Source of the DNA: Bradymonadia bacterium
Lineage (GTDB): Bacteria > Myxococcota_A > Bradymonadia > UBA7976 > UBA1532
DNA length: 64,000 bases
Direction of reading: 5' to 3'
Assembly (NCBI GenBank): GCA_049318805.1
Contig: JBMOFP010000002.1
Location: 9,273-73,272 of the forward strand
Part shown: one piece after another, positions 41,338 through 49,254 of the stretch
Layout: the number at the start of each line of letters is the position of its first letter
Position numbering within the stretch: the first letter of the stretch is position 1
Made by a program: the position numbers and the translations under genes
The notes under the pieces: model-generated
Told to the model about the DNA's origin: nothing
Databases searched by the model: none
The model's input: the letters and a program-made list of their open reading frames with translations, nothing else

Positions 41338-41372
41338 AAAAGCCCCGCTCCAGCAGTGCTGAGGCGGGGCTT
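41338..41372. terminator. bidirectional intrinsic terminator hairpin
   Basis: aaaagccccgctccagcagtgctgaggcggggctt: 9-bp GC stem. On the minus strand it is followed by TTTTCGTTTC immediately after tRNA-Arg. It also ends the plus-strand gene 40191..41312. Confidence 0.5.
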
Positions 41373-41377
41373 GGCGG

Positions 41378-41454
41378 TGGCGCACCCGGCAGGATTCGAA
41401 CCTGCGACCTACGGCTTCGGAGGCCGTCGCTCTATCCAGCTGAGCTACGGATGC
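41378..41454 (-). tRNA. tRNA-Arg (anticodon CCG)
   Basis: Reverse complement GCATCCGTAGCTCAGCTGGATAGAGCGACGGCCTCCGAAGCCGTAGGTCGCAGGTTCGAATCCTGCCGGGTGCGCCA folds as a cloverleaf with anticodon loop CTCCGAA and an encoded CCA. Confidence 0.85.
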
Positions 41455-41596
41455 AAAATCGCCTCGGCCTTATGCGGGACGCGACTTTCCTGTGTCAAGG
41501 GAATCCGAGCGCTTGCGTCGTCCCGCATCGCGTGTTAGAAGCCGCGACCGATTTCTGAGGCGTGCGCCCCCGGGCGCGTTGAGCAAGGAGAGTCTC

Positions 41597-41803
41597 GTGG
41601 CTCGTCGTTGTGAAGTTTGCGGCAAGGGACGTCAGGTGGGCCACAAGGTGAGCCACTCCAACATCAAGACCAAGAAGGTCTGGCTGCCGAACATTCAGAA
41701 GGTGCGCGCCGTCGTCGAGGGCCGCCCCGTTCTGCTGTCGGTCTGCACGCGGTGCATCCGGAGCGAGAAGGTCGTCAAGCGGACGGACGTCAAGGCCGCC
41801 TGA
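41597..41803 (+). CDS. rpmB: 50S ribosomal protein L28
   Basis: AAGGAGAG RBS then GTG. ARRCEVCGKGRQVGHKVSHSNIKTKKVWLPNIQKV matches the L28 family. Confidence 0.85.
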   Translation: MARRCEVCGKGRQVGHKVSHSNIKTKKVWLPNIQKVRAVVEGRPVLLSVCTRCIRSEKVVKRTDVKAA

Positions 41804-42200
41804 GGCCGAGGCGCGCGACCGCTTCGATTTCGACCTTCACGTCGCGCGGCAATCGCGCCACCTGAATCGTCGATCGGGCGGGATACGGCTGCGGCATGTG
41901 GCGGGCGTAGACCTCGTTGACCGACGCGAAGTCCGTGAGGTCGACGAGAAAGATCGTCACCTTCACGACGTCGGCCAGGTCGCTGTCCGCGGCGGCGAGC
42001 ACGGCGCGAAGATTGGCGAAGACCTGCTCGGCCTGCTCGGCGGCGCTCTCGCCGACGACGGTCATCGTGACAGGGTCGAGTGGGATTTGACCGCTGCACC
42101 ACACCTCGTTGCCCACGCGAATGGCCTGTGAGTAGGGTCCGATCGCGGCCGGGGCCTGTGTCGAGGTGACGACGACCTTTTCGAGAGAGGCGCTCTGCAT
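41790..42200 (-). CDS. ridA: RidA/YjgF/TdcF-family reactive intermediate deaminase
   Basis: QAPAAIGPYSQAIRVGN..SGQIPLDP..KVTIFLVDLTDFASVNEVYA signature. Confidence 0.75.
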   Translation of the reverse strand: MQSASLEKVVVTSTQAPAAIGPYSQAIRVGNEVWCSGQIPLDPVTMTVVGESAAEQAEQVFANLRAVLAAADSDLADVVKVTIFLVDLTDFASVNEVYARHMPQPYPARSTIQVARLPRDVKVEIEAVARLGLRRP

Positions 42201-42202
42201 GT

Positions 42203-42553
42203 TCAGGCCTGCAGATCCGCCGGCGGGCCGGAGATCGTCGCGCGGCGGATCGAGGCGTCGGGCTTTCGGTTCGCCTCGGCCTTGTGCATGGCCTTGGTCA
42301 CCTGGCGCTCTACACGGGCGAGCGCCTCGTCGGCCGCCTTCACGGCTTCGTCGGCGTCGGCCGTCGCATTGAACTCGTGCTTCGCGGCGTGGAAACGGAC
42401 GTTGACGTGGAACTGACCCGCGTCCTGGGTGACCGACACGCGGACCTGCAACTTCTGACCGAGTCGACCCTCCAGCTTCAGCAGTTTCTGCTCGATGCGC
42501 TCCCGCAAGAGCTCCGTGGGCGTCACGTCCTTACCAACGAGTTCCAGGTTCAT
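42203..42553 (-). CDS. hpf: ribosome hibernation promoting factor (sigma-54 modulation/RaiA family)
   Basis: MNLELVGKDVTPTELLRERIEQKL..HVNVRFH beta-alpha-beta-beta-beta-alpha fold signature. 116 aa. Confidence 0.8.
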   Translation of the reverse strand: MNLELVGKDVTPTELLRERIEQKLLKLEGRLGQKLQVRVSVTQDAGQFHVNVRFHAAKHEFNATADADEAVKAADEALARVERQVTKAMHKAEANRKPDASIRRATISGPPADLQA

Positions 42554-42616
42554 CCAGTCCTCCCACGTGGCACCGGGTGCTCCGGCCGGTCCACGGATTC
42601 CGAGTGTGAACGCGGT

Positions 42617-43129
42617 TCAGAAGAGCACACGAACCCCCGCGCTCACGTTGAATACGAGCAATGATTCATCCTTCGGCAGATCACCGCCGGCAAAGAACCA
42701 GTCCACTGCGCCTTGACCCACCAGCCCGACGCCGTCCAGCACGTCGAAGACCAGACCGGTGCCAAATTCGAGCCCCAGGAGCGTGTCCGGCATCACATAG
42801 ACAGGAACACCGGCCCCCAGGAAAAAATGCCACGGGGTCCTCCCGCGGACGAGGCGGACCTGGGGGGTGAGGGCGAAGGCGGCCTGGTCCTCGAGCTGCA
42901 AGGTCATTCCCAGACCCCACTCGCTCGTGAAGTCGTGGTCGAAGGCGAAGCCGACGTCCACGTCCAGGTAGGTGGGCGCACGTTGGCTGATGGCCTCGCC
43001 GTCTCCGACGGCTCGACGGACACCCGTGCCCACGCTCGCGTCGACGATGAGGTCGAGGGCCTGGGCGCCGGCCACGGCCGGCAACAGTGGCACGACGAGT
43101 GCACAGAGGAACGAGGCGACGGGGGGCAT
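42617..43129 (-). CDS. putative outer-membrane beta-barrel protein
   Basis: Signal peptide MPPVASFLCALVVPLLPAVAGAQA. Alternating hydrophobic beta-strands. C-terminal VRVLF aromatic terminus. Confidence 0.5.
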   Translation of the reverse strand: MPPVASFLCALVVPLLPAVAGAQALDLIVDASVGTGVRRAVGDGEAISQRAPTYLDVDVGFAFDHDFTSEWGLGMTLQLEDQAAFALTPQVRLVRGRTPWHFFLGAGVPVYVMPDTLLGLEFGTGLVFDVLDGVGLVGQGAVDWFFAGGDLPKDESLLVFNVSAGVRVLF

Positions 43130-43230
43130 TCCGAAGGGGCGGCTTCCCAAGATTGACCCTCGCAGGGACGTTGGGGGGATCGCGATGATGCGCTGTTTCG
43201 GAATGACCTCTTCGACGGTAGCGTGACGAT

Positions 43231-44298
43231 ATGGCAACGGCAAGGAAATCAGGTTTCGTCGGGCTGCTGCTCTTCGCGCTCGCTCTGGTCGGCTGCGGCG
43301 ACCGCGACGACTGCGTCTTGCACAGCGACTGCGCGCGCGATCAGCGCTGCGTCACAGGTGTGTGCGAGCGCGCGTGTGACGACGCGTTCGACTGCCCCCT
43401 GGGTCGAGAGTGTATCGGCGGGGCGTGTGTCGTGGACGTGGACGCGGCGCGCGAACGGCCTTGCGACCCCGACAGCCAGTCCTGTGGCGATGCGGACCTC
43501 GTCGACGCACAGGTCGCCAACGCGGCTGTCCCTGATGCGGCCGTGCCCGACGCCGCCGTACCCGACGCGGCCGTGCCCGACGCTGCCGTGCCCGACGCAG
43601 CGCCCGTCGACGCAGGTCCCCCCGCGGGCGACACCGGTCTGACACCCCTCGCCATCGACCTGACGGGGGCCTGGGCCGTCACCAAGACCGTGGAGCTGTC
43701 CAGCGATCCGGCCTTCGCCGAGGACGACGTGACCTACCTGATCGTGACGCTCGCGCGCGGCGCGGAGCCGGACCGGTACGCGCTCGTTTTCATCGACCCC
43801 GCCGGTCAGCGGCTCGAGAGCGTCGTCTCCATCGACTTCCGCGCCCCGAATGGGCCGCTGAACTACCAGTTCGAGTACGAGACCGTACCGCCGAACGCAC
43901 CCGAGGGCTGCTCGCAAGCGATTCGTACCTTCCAGCGCGGTGAGGTTCAGGACCCCGAGGGCCCGGACCTCTTCCTCGTGGGCACCGAGGAGCGCCGGCT
44001 GGTCTTTGCGGGGGAGGCCTGCGAGGCCGAGCCGACGACCGTCGTTTCCGGTGTGCGTTGGGTGCTCATCCCGGTGCCGGTCCCGGCCGACGGCGGGGTG
44101 GGCGACGGCGGGGTGGGCGACGGCGGGGTGGGCGACGGCGGGGTCGGCGACGGCGGGGTGGGCGACGGCGGTCTGGGCGACGGCGGGGCAGGGGACGCGG
44201 CCGTGGGCGACGGCGGCCTCGACGCCGCGGCGGCCGACGCTGGCCCGGGGCTCGCCCCGGACGCCGCGCCCTCTATGCCAGGTTCAGCTGCACGTTGA
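43231..44298 (+). CDS. Cys-rich lipoprotein with tandem AAVPD and GGVGD pentapeptide repeats
   Basis: Lipobox LVGCG. Eight Cys in the first 90 aa. Low-complexity repeat tracts. Confidence 0.6.
   Translation: MATARKSGFVGLLLFALALVGCGDRDDCVLHSDCARDQRCVTGVCERACDDAFDCPLGRECIGGACVVDVDAARERPCDPDSQSCGDADLVDAQVANAAVPDAAVPDAAVPDAAVPDAAVPDAAPVDAGPPAGDTGLTPLAIDLTGAWAVTKTVELSSDPAFAEDDVTYLIVTLARGAEPDRYALVFIDPAGQRLESVVSIDFRAPNGPLNYQFEYETVPPNAPEGCSQAIRTFQRGEVQDPEGPDLFLVGTEERRLVFAGEACEAEPTTVVSGVRWVLIPVPVPADGGVGDGGVGDGGVGDGGVGDGGVGDGGLGDGGAGDAAVGDGGLDAAAADAGPGLAPDAAPSMPGSAAR
43522..43611 (+). repeat. in-frame 15-nt tandem repeat (5 to 6 copies) encoding (A-A-V-P-D)n
   Basis: gcggctgtccctgat / gcggccgtgcccgac / gccgccgtacccgac / gcggccgtgcccgac / gctgccgtgcccgac, then a degenerate copy. 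Confidence 0.8.
44087..44235 (+). repeat. in-frame 15-nt tandem repeat (about 9 copies) encoding (G-G-V/L/A-G-D)n
   Basis: gacggcggggtgggc repeated perfectly 4 times, then variants (gtcggc, ctgggc, gcaggg). Confidence 0.8.
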
Positions 44299-45157
44299 AG
44301 TAGATGCACGCCACCGACACCGCCAGGTACAGGGCGATGACGGTCTGCAGGCTGCGGTCTTTGAGCACGAGCTCCGTGGGTGAGCCGCCCTTGCCGCGCT
44401 GGTGCACCAGGAACAGGTAGCGGAAGATGCCGAAGAGCACGAGCGGCACGGTGAGCACCAGGGCGTTCGTGCCGACCTTGGCGACGGTCCGCGGGTCGAT
44501 CGTGTAGAGCGCGTAGCTCATGACGGTCATCGACGCGAGCGCGGCGACCATCTTGTCGATGAACTGGAGCGAGTAGTCCGCGAGGTTGCCGCGGTGCTGG
44601 GCGGCGTCGTCCCCCAGGCTCTCGAGCTCGTTGCGGCGTTTGCAGAAGCCCAGGAACAGCGCGATGAAAAACGTGCAGATCAACAGCCACGGGCTCACGG
44701 CCACGGCGATGGCGAAGGCCCCTGCGGTCACGCGGAACAGGAAGCCCAGGGCGATGGTGAAGACGTCCAGCAGGACGATGTGCTTCAGCCACAGGGAGTA
44801 CGCGAGGTTCATCACGCCGTAGGTCGTGAGCACCACGCCGGCCGAGGTGTCCAGGGCGAAGCCGACGGCGAGCCCGGTCGGGCCCAGCAGCGCCGCGACG
44901 ACCAGGGCCAGGCGCCGGCTGACCAGCCCCGCGGCGATGGGGCGGAGGCGCTTCTTCGGGTGCACGCGGTCGCGCTCGTAGTCCGCGACGTCGTTCACCA
45001 GGTAGATCGAGCTCGCCACGAGGCTGAAGGCCCCGAAGATCACCAGCGCGCGGAGGCCCAGCGTCGGGTTCGTCAGGTTCCGGGAGAAGACGAGCGCCGC
45101 GAAGACGAACGCGTTCTTGATCCACTGGTGGGGTCGCAGCGCACGAAGCAGGTCCAT
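44273..45157 (-). CDS. UbiA-family prenyltransferase (decaprenyl-phosphate phosphoribosyltransferase-like)
   Basis: MDLLRALRPHQWIKNAFVF start, NDVADYERD Asp-rich motif, about 8 TM helices. Confidence 0.75.
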   Translation of the reverse strand: MDLLRALRPHQWIKNAFVFAALVFSRNLTNPTLGLRALVIFGAFSLVASSIYLVNDVADYERDRVHPKKRLRPIAAGLVSRRLALVVAALLGPTGLAVGFALDTSAGVVLTTYGVMNLAYSLWLKHIVLLDVFTIALGFLFRVTAGAFAIAVAVSPWLLICTFFIALFLGFCKRRNELESLGDDAAQHRGNLADYSLQFIDKMVAALASMTVMSYALYTIDPRTVAKVGTNALVLTVPLVLFGIFRYLFLVHQRGKGGSPTELVLKDRSLQTVIALYLAVSVACIYFNVQLNLA

Positions 45158-45233
45158 GGAGGCCGTTTACCACGGTCGCGCCGAATTGTCTTGCGCGCCG
45201 ACGGGCCTCCTGATAAACGGCGCAACCCACCGC

Positions 45234-45307
45234 GGGCGATTAACTCAGCGGTAGAGTGCTTCCTTCACACGGAAGAAGTCGCAGGTTCAAATCCTGCATC
45301 GCCCACC
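45234..45307 (+). tRNA. tRNA-Val (anticodon CAC)
   Basis: GGGCGATTAACTCAGCGGTAGAGTGCTTCCTTCACACGGAAGAAGTCGCAGGTTCAAATCCTGCATCGCCCACC. Cloverleaf with anticodon loop TTCACAC. CCA not fully encoded. Confidence 0.85.
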
Positions 45308-45310
45308 CCG

Positions 45311-45340
45311 AAAGCCCCGTCGATGCCTCGGCGGGGCTTT
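45311..45340 (+). terminator. intrinsic terminator after tRNA-Val
   Basis: agccccgtcgatgcctcggcggggc hairpin followed by TTTTGTGT. Confidence 0.55.
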
Positions 45341-45490
45341 TGTGTATCTGGCGGCGCGGCCCGCGCTGGCATCGAAACCCTCGAAGGCCAACAGAGTGGC
45401 GCCTGACTTCGGAAGACAGGCGAAACATCGGCCGCGATTCGGAAGCTCGGCGTCGCGGCCCGGACCCGCGCGCCAGCGATTCCGGTCCGC

Positions 45491-45844
45491 TCATTCCGCC
45501 GCCTCGAGGCGCGCCTGGAGCCGCTCCAACCGGGTGTTGATCTGGTCGAGCATCACCGTGACATCCGCAGAATTCTTGGCGTTCTCTGCCGCGTGGAGGT
45601 TGATTGATTCGAGCACTGAACACGTGTTCGACGTGTTGTCGATCACTCTCTGCGCCTGCCGATCCGGTTTGTTGGACCTCATCGAAACCACCACGATCAG
45701 GCCCAGGACGCTGTACAAGAAAGCAAGGGTCAGACCGAGAGGGCCCCGGTCCTTCTCCGCGCCGAGTAGGTACCCAATGCCGCAAGTGATGGCATGGAAC
45801 ACGACCCCGCATATGAGCCAGGTCGACGTGCTGTGCGTTTCCAT
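45491..45844 (-). CDS. hypothetical small membrane protein with C-terminal coiled coil (in lower-GC islet)
   Basis: 117 aa with two N-terminal TM helices and a helical C-terminus. The local GC is visibly lower than the flanks. The competing plus-strand ORF 45342..45947 looks like compositional noise. Confidence 0.35.
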   Translation of the reverse strand: METHSTSTWLICGVVFHAITCGIGYLLGAEKDRGPLGLTLAFLYSVLGLIVVVSMRSNKPDRQAQRVIDNTSNTCSVLESINLHAAENAKNSADVTVMLDQINTRLERLQARLEAAE

Positions 45845-45987
45845 CGGCGTCGCCTATATGACCGCGACCCGTCGCGTCAATCACCGCGGCTCCACTGCGA
45901 TTTTCGCGGCGCGCGCACTTGCATCGGCCCGTCTCCTCGGGCGATGAAAGCCCGGCACACCCCGTGTCCCCTGAGGAGATCCGCATC

Positions 45988-46551
45988 ATGAAGAAATCCG
46001 CGCTCGCGCTCATCCCTTTGCTCGCTGCCGCCCCGCTCTGCAGCGCCCACGCGCTCGGCAGCTTCGGCGCCCGCGTCGGCTACGGTCTGCACATGTCGGA
46101 CCCCGAGCCGGCCAAGGGGGTCGACGAGCCGACGATGATCGCGGTCGGCGCCGCGTGGCAGCTCGACCTGGTGGTCGCCAAGCTCGAAGCCGACCTGTTG
46201 TGGCGCCGTTCGTCGACGTCAGGTCCCGACGCCTCGATCGACCGCCTGGGCCTGGCCGCCTTGGGCCGCTTCGGCATCCCGCTCGTGCCGATGGTCTTCA
46301 GCCTCGACCTGATCGGCGGCCTCGAGCCGCGTTTCCTGATCGGCACGGACCCGTCCGCGCTCGAGGACTTCCAGGAGTCGATGGTGCTCTTCCTGCCCGT
46401 GGGCGTGGGCGGCACCCTGAACCTGCAGGCCGTCGAGCTGAACCTCGACATCCGTTACGAGCACCAGCTCACGGCGTCGGGCAAGGGCTCGAAGGCGCTC
46501 GAGGACTACCGCTCGAACAACCTGACGTTCCTCGCGGGCGTCTTTTTCTGA
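45988..46551 (+). CDS. outer-membrane beta-barrel protein (OmpW/OmpA-like small barrel)
   Basis: Signal peptide MKKSALALIPLLAAAPLCSAHA. Beta-strand periodicity. C-terminal FLAGVFF. Confidence 0.6.
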   Translation: MKKSALALIPLLAAAPLCSAHALGSFGARVGYGLHMSDPEPAKGVDEPTMIAVGAAWQLDLVVAKLEADLLWRRSSTSGPDASIDRLGLAALGRFGIPLVPMVFSLDLIGGLEPRFLIGTDPSALEDFQESMVLFLPVGVGGTLNLQAVELNLDIRYEHQLTASGKGSKALEDYRSNNLTFLAGVFF

Positions 46552-46555
46552 GCAC

Positions 46556-46587
46556 GCCGCGCGGGGCCCGTGGGCCCCGCGGCTGAA
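46556..46587. terminator. GC hairpin between convergent genes
   Basis: gccgcgcggggcccgtgggccccgcggc is a near-perfect 12-bp stem with loop gtg. No U-tract. Confidence 0.35.
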
Positions 46588-46588
46588 C

Positions 46589-46912
46589 TCAGCCGGCGAG
46601 CACCGAGCCGAGCTTCATGGCGAGACCCATGTTGCCGCTCACCTTCAGCTTGCCCATCATGAAGAGCTGCGGGCCGGCGACCTTGCCCTGGTACAGGTTG
46701 ACGAAGTCCTGGGCGGCCACGTCGATGGTACAGTCGGCCGCGGCCTCACCCGCGTAGGCCTTGCCGTTCTTCAGGTCGACGACCCACTTGCCACCGTTGT
46801 CGCCGCTCACGTTGAACTGGTAGATGGCGTCGATTTCCTTCGCCTTGGCGCCCGCGACCGGGTCGGCGAGGCGGTTGGCGATGTTGGTCTCGAAGATCTC
46901 GGCAGGCGTCAT
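46589..46912 (-). CDS. SCP2 sterol-carrier domain protein
   Basis: 107 aa, IDAIYQFNVSG..GGKWVVDLKNGK..FMMGKLKVSGNMGLAMKL as in SCP-2. Confidence 0.7.
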   Translation of the reverse strand: MTPAEIFETNIANRLADPVAGAKAKEIDAIYQFNVSGDNGGKWVVDLKNGKAYAGEAAADCTIDVAAQDFVNLYQGKVAGPQLFMMGKLKVSGNMGLAMKLGSVLAG

Positions 46913-46950
46913 TTTCGCGGTCTCCCGTCACGGATTGAATGGGCGTTCAT

Positions 46951-47709
46951 TCAGTCACGGCGGCCGCGAGGTGTCAACCCGCGCTTGACGCCGAGAATGA
47001 ACGCGGCGAGGTCGCGCACCGCCGCTTCGGGCGCGTCGCCCAGCCGCTCCAGGACCTCGTCTCGGCGTCCGGGGGCGTCGAGGGCGCGCAACGCGCGTTT
47101 GAGCGCGAGGCGGGTCGGCGCGTCGAGGCCGTGGCGCCGCAGCCCGACGACGTTCAGACCGAGCACCCGGGCCCGGTCCCCCGCGACGAGCGTGTAGGGC
47201 GGCACGTCCAGCGTGACCATGCAGTTCGCGGCGATGAGCGCGAGGGCGCCGATGCGGACGAACTGGTGCACGGCGGCGTGCCCCCCGAAGGTGACCCGGT
47301 CGCCGACCTCGACGTGCCCGGCGAGGCTGACGCCGTTGGCGAGCACGTTCTCGGCGCCGAGCTGCGCGTCGTGGGCCACGTGGGCGCCCGCCATCAGCAG
47401 GTTCTCGGCGCCGAGGCGTGTCACACCGCCGCCGTGGGGGGTGCCTCTGGAGACCGTGGCGTTTTCGCGAAAGACGTTGCCCGGGCCACACTCGAGGCGC
47501 GTGGGAGTGTCCTCGGGGGTGCGGCGGTCCTGGGGGGCACCGCCGACGACGGCGAAGGGGTGCACGACACACCGCGCGTCGAGGCGCGTGTAGGGTCCGA
47601 CCATCGCGTAAGGGTGCAGCACACAGGCCGCGCCGACCTCGCTGTACGCGCCGACAACGGCGCCGGGCGCCACGTGGGCCGAGGGGTGCACGGTGGCCGT
47701 CGGATGCAC
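46951..47709 (-). CDS. lpxA: acyl-ACP:UDP-N-acetylglucosamine O-acyltransferase
   Basis: GTG start VHPTATVHPSAHV, hexapeptide repeats, GPGNVFRENATVSRGT..GGGVTRLG, C-terminal helical domain. The track ORF upstream of 47709 is an artefact. Confidence 0.85.
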   Translation of the reverse strand: MHPTATVHPSAHVAPGAVVGAYSEVGAACVLHPYAMVGPYTRLDARCVVHPFAVVGGAPQDRRTPEDTPTRLECGPGNVFRENATVSRGTPHGGGVTRLGAENLLMAGAHVAHDAQLGAENVLANGVSLAGHVEVGDRVTFGGHAAVHQFVRIGALALIAANCMVTLDVPPYTLVAGDRARVLGLNVVGLRRHGLDAPTRLALKRALRALDAPGRRDEVLERLGDAPEAAVRDLAAFILGVKRGLTPRGRRD

Positions 47710-47735
47710 CCCGGATGACCACAGGAGCGCCCCGC

Positions 47736-48707
47736 TCACGGCTGGGCGTCCGCGAGGCGTTTGAGTCGAGCGAGCCGGACGAGCCGTGGCCGATTGGGCT
47801 CGGCGGGGTGCCCGCTGAAGACGCCCCCGGCCTCCAGCGCGCGTGTCACGCCGGCCTGCGCGGCGACCCGGGCGCCGGCGCCTACACGCCCCGTTCCGGC
47901 CACGCCGACCTGACCGCCCAGCACGGCGCCCGCCTCGACGACGGCGCCCCCGGCGAGCCCCACCTGACCGCACAGGACCGCGCCCGCGCCGACCTGGGCG
48001 TTGTGTCCCACCTGCACGAGGTTGTCCACGCGTGCCCCGTCGCCGATGCGCGTCGGGCCGAGGGTGCCGCGGTCGACGCAGGTCGAGGCGCCCAGGTGCA
48101 CGTCGTCGCCGATGATGAGGCCGCCCAGGTGGGGGAGGTGACCCTCGGCATCGAAGCCGAAGCCCGGGCCACCGAGGACGGCGTGCGCGCCGACGACACA
48201 CCGCGCACCCAGATGCACCCCGGCGTGCACGACGACGCGCGGCCCCAGGGCCGTGTTTTCGCCCACGTGAGCACCCGCGCCGACGTAGACCCCGACGCCG
48301 AGCCAGACCCCCGCCTCGACCACGGCGTCGGCCTCGACGACGACGTAGGGGTCGAGCCGCGCCTCGGGGTGAACCCGCGCCGACGCGTGGACCAGGGCCG
48401 TGGGATGCACACCGGGTGCGACCTTCGGCGGCGGTGCCGCCAGGAGCCGCAGGACCCGCCCCAGCGCTCGCTCCGGATGCGCCGCGACCAGCACACACGC
48501 GGCGGCCGGGGCGTCGGCCGAGAGGGCCAGTGAGACCACCAGGATGCCGGCGCGGGTGGCGCGGAGGGCGTCCCGATACCGGGGGCCGAGGGCGAGCGCG
48601 AGGTCGGTCGGTCCCGCATCCTCGAGCCGCGCGAGGGTCGTGACCTCGAGGTCGGACGGACCGCGCAGCGTGGCCGGCAGCGCGGCGGCGAGCGCGCCGG
48701 TCAACAC
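47736..48707 (-). CDS. lpxD: UDP-3-O-(3-hydroxyacyl)glucosamine N-acyltransferase
   Basis: LbH repeats, GPGFGFD and HLGG motifs. Start assigned to GTG 48707 to avoid a 112-nt overlap with skp. Confidence 0.75.
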   Translation of the reverse strand: MLTGALAAALPATLRGPSDLEVTTLARLEDAGPTDLALALGPRYRDALRATRAGILVVSLALSADAPAAACVLVAAHPERALGRVLRLLAAPPPKVAPGVHPTALVHASARVHPEARLDPYVVVEADAVVEAGVWLGVGVYVGAGAHVGENTALGPRVVVHAGVHLGARCVVGAHAVLGGPGFGFDAEGHLPHLGGLIIGDDVHLGASTCVDRGTLGPTRIGDGARVDNLVQVGHNAQVGAGAVLCGQVGLAGGAVVEAGAVLGGQVGVAGTGRVGAGARVAAQAGVTRALEAGGVFSGHPAEPNRPRLVRLARLKRLADAQP

Positions 48708-48712
48708 GACCG

Positions 48713-49243
48713 CTACTTCTTGCCTTCGCCGGCGTTGTATCGGCGGATGAGCTCGTTCGTGAGGTCGAGCGAGGCCTCGGAGTACAGCACCGAGGACTCG
48801 TTCTTCTCGAGGATCAGCGTCCACTTCTGGTCGCGGCCCATGGTCTGCAGGATGCGGCTCATGCGCTCCAGGATGGGCTTCGTCGCCTTGGCCTCGTCCA
48901 CGGCGAGGGTCTGCTGGTCCTGGACGTACCGCATCTTCAGCGCGTTGAGTTTCTCGGCGAGCTCCATCTCACGCTGTTGCCGGACGTCGTCCTTGAGCAT
49001 CGCGCGCTGCGTATCGAACTGCTCCTTGAGCTTGCGCAGCTCGGTCTGCTGGGCGTCGATGTCCTTCTGCTTCGCGTCCTTCAGCTTCTCGAGCTGGGCC
49101 TTGGCGGTCTTGCCGTCCTCGGTCTCGGTGAGCGCGCGCTGCATGTCGACGATGGCGACCTTCGCCTGGGCGCGGGCCGGGGCGGGTCCGAGCACACACA
49201 GCACGGTCACGAAGAGCGTGGCGATTCGAAGGGACTGCATGTC
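48713..49243 (-). CDS. skp: periplasmic chaperone Skp/OmpH
   Basis: Signal peptide [26 protein letters not shown] then [11 protein letters not shown] and a long coiled-coil tentacle. Confidence 0.8.
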   Translation of the reverse strand, partial: DMQSLRIATLFVTVLCVLGPAPARAQAKVAIVDMQRALTETEDGKTAKAQLEKLKDAKQKDIDAQQTELRKLKEQFDTQRAMLKDDVRQQREMELAEKLNALKMRYVQDQQTLAVDEAKATKPILERMSRILQTMGRDQKWTLILEKNESSVLYSEASLDLTNELIRRYNAGEGKK

Positions 49244-49254
49244 GAGAGCTCCTC

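Noticed and set aside
45342-45947. 201-aa plus-strand ORF in the lower-GC segment
   Set aside because: Ser/Arg-rich with no structure. The opposite-strand 117-aa ORF has TM helices and better codon periodicity. Neither call is strong.
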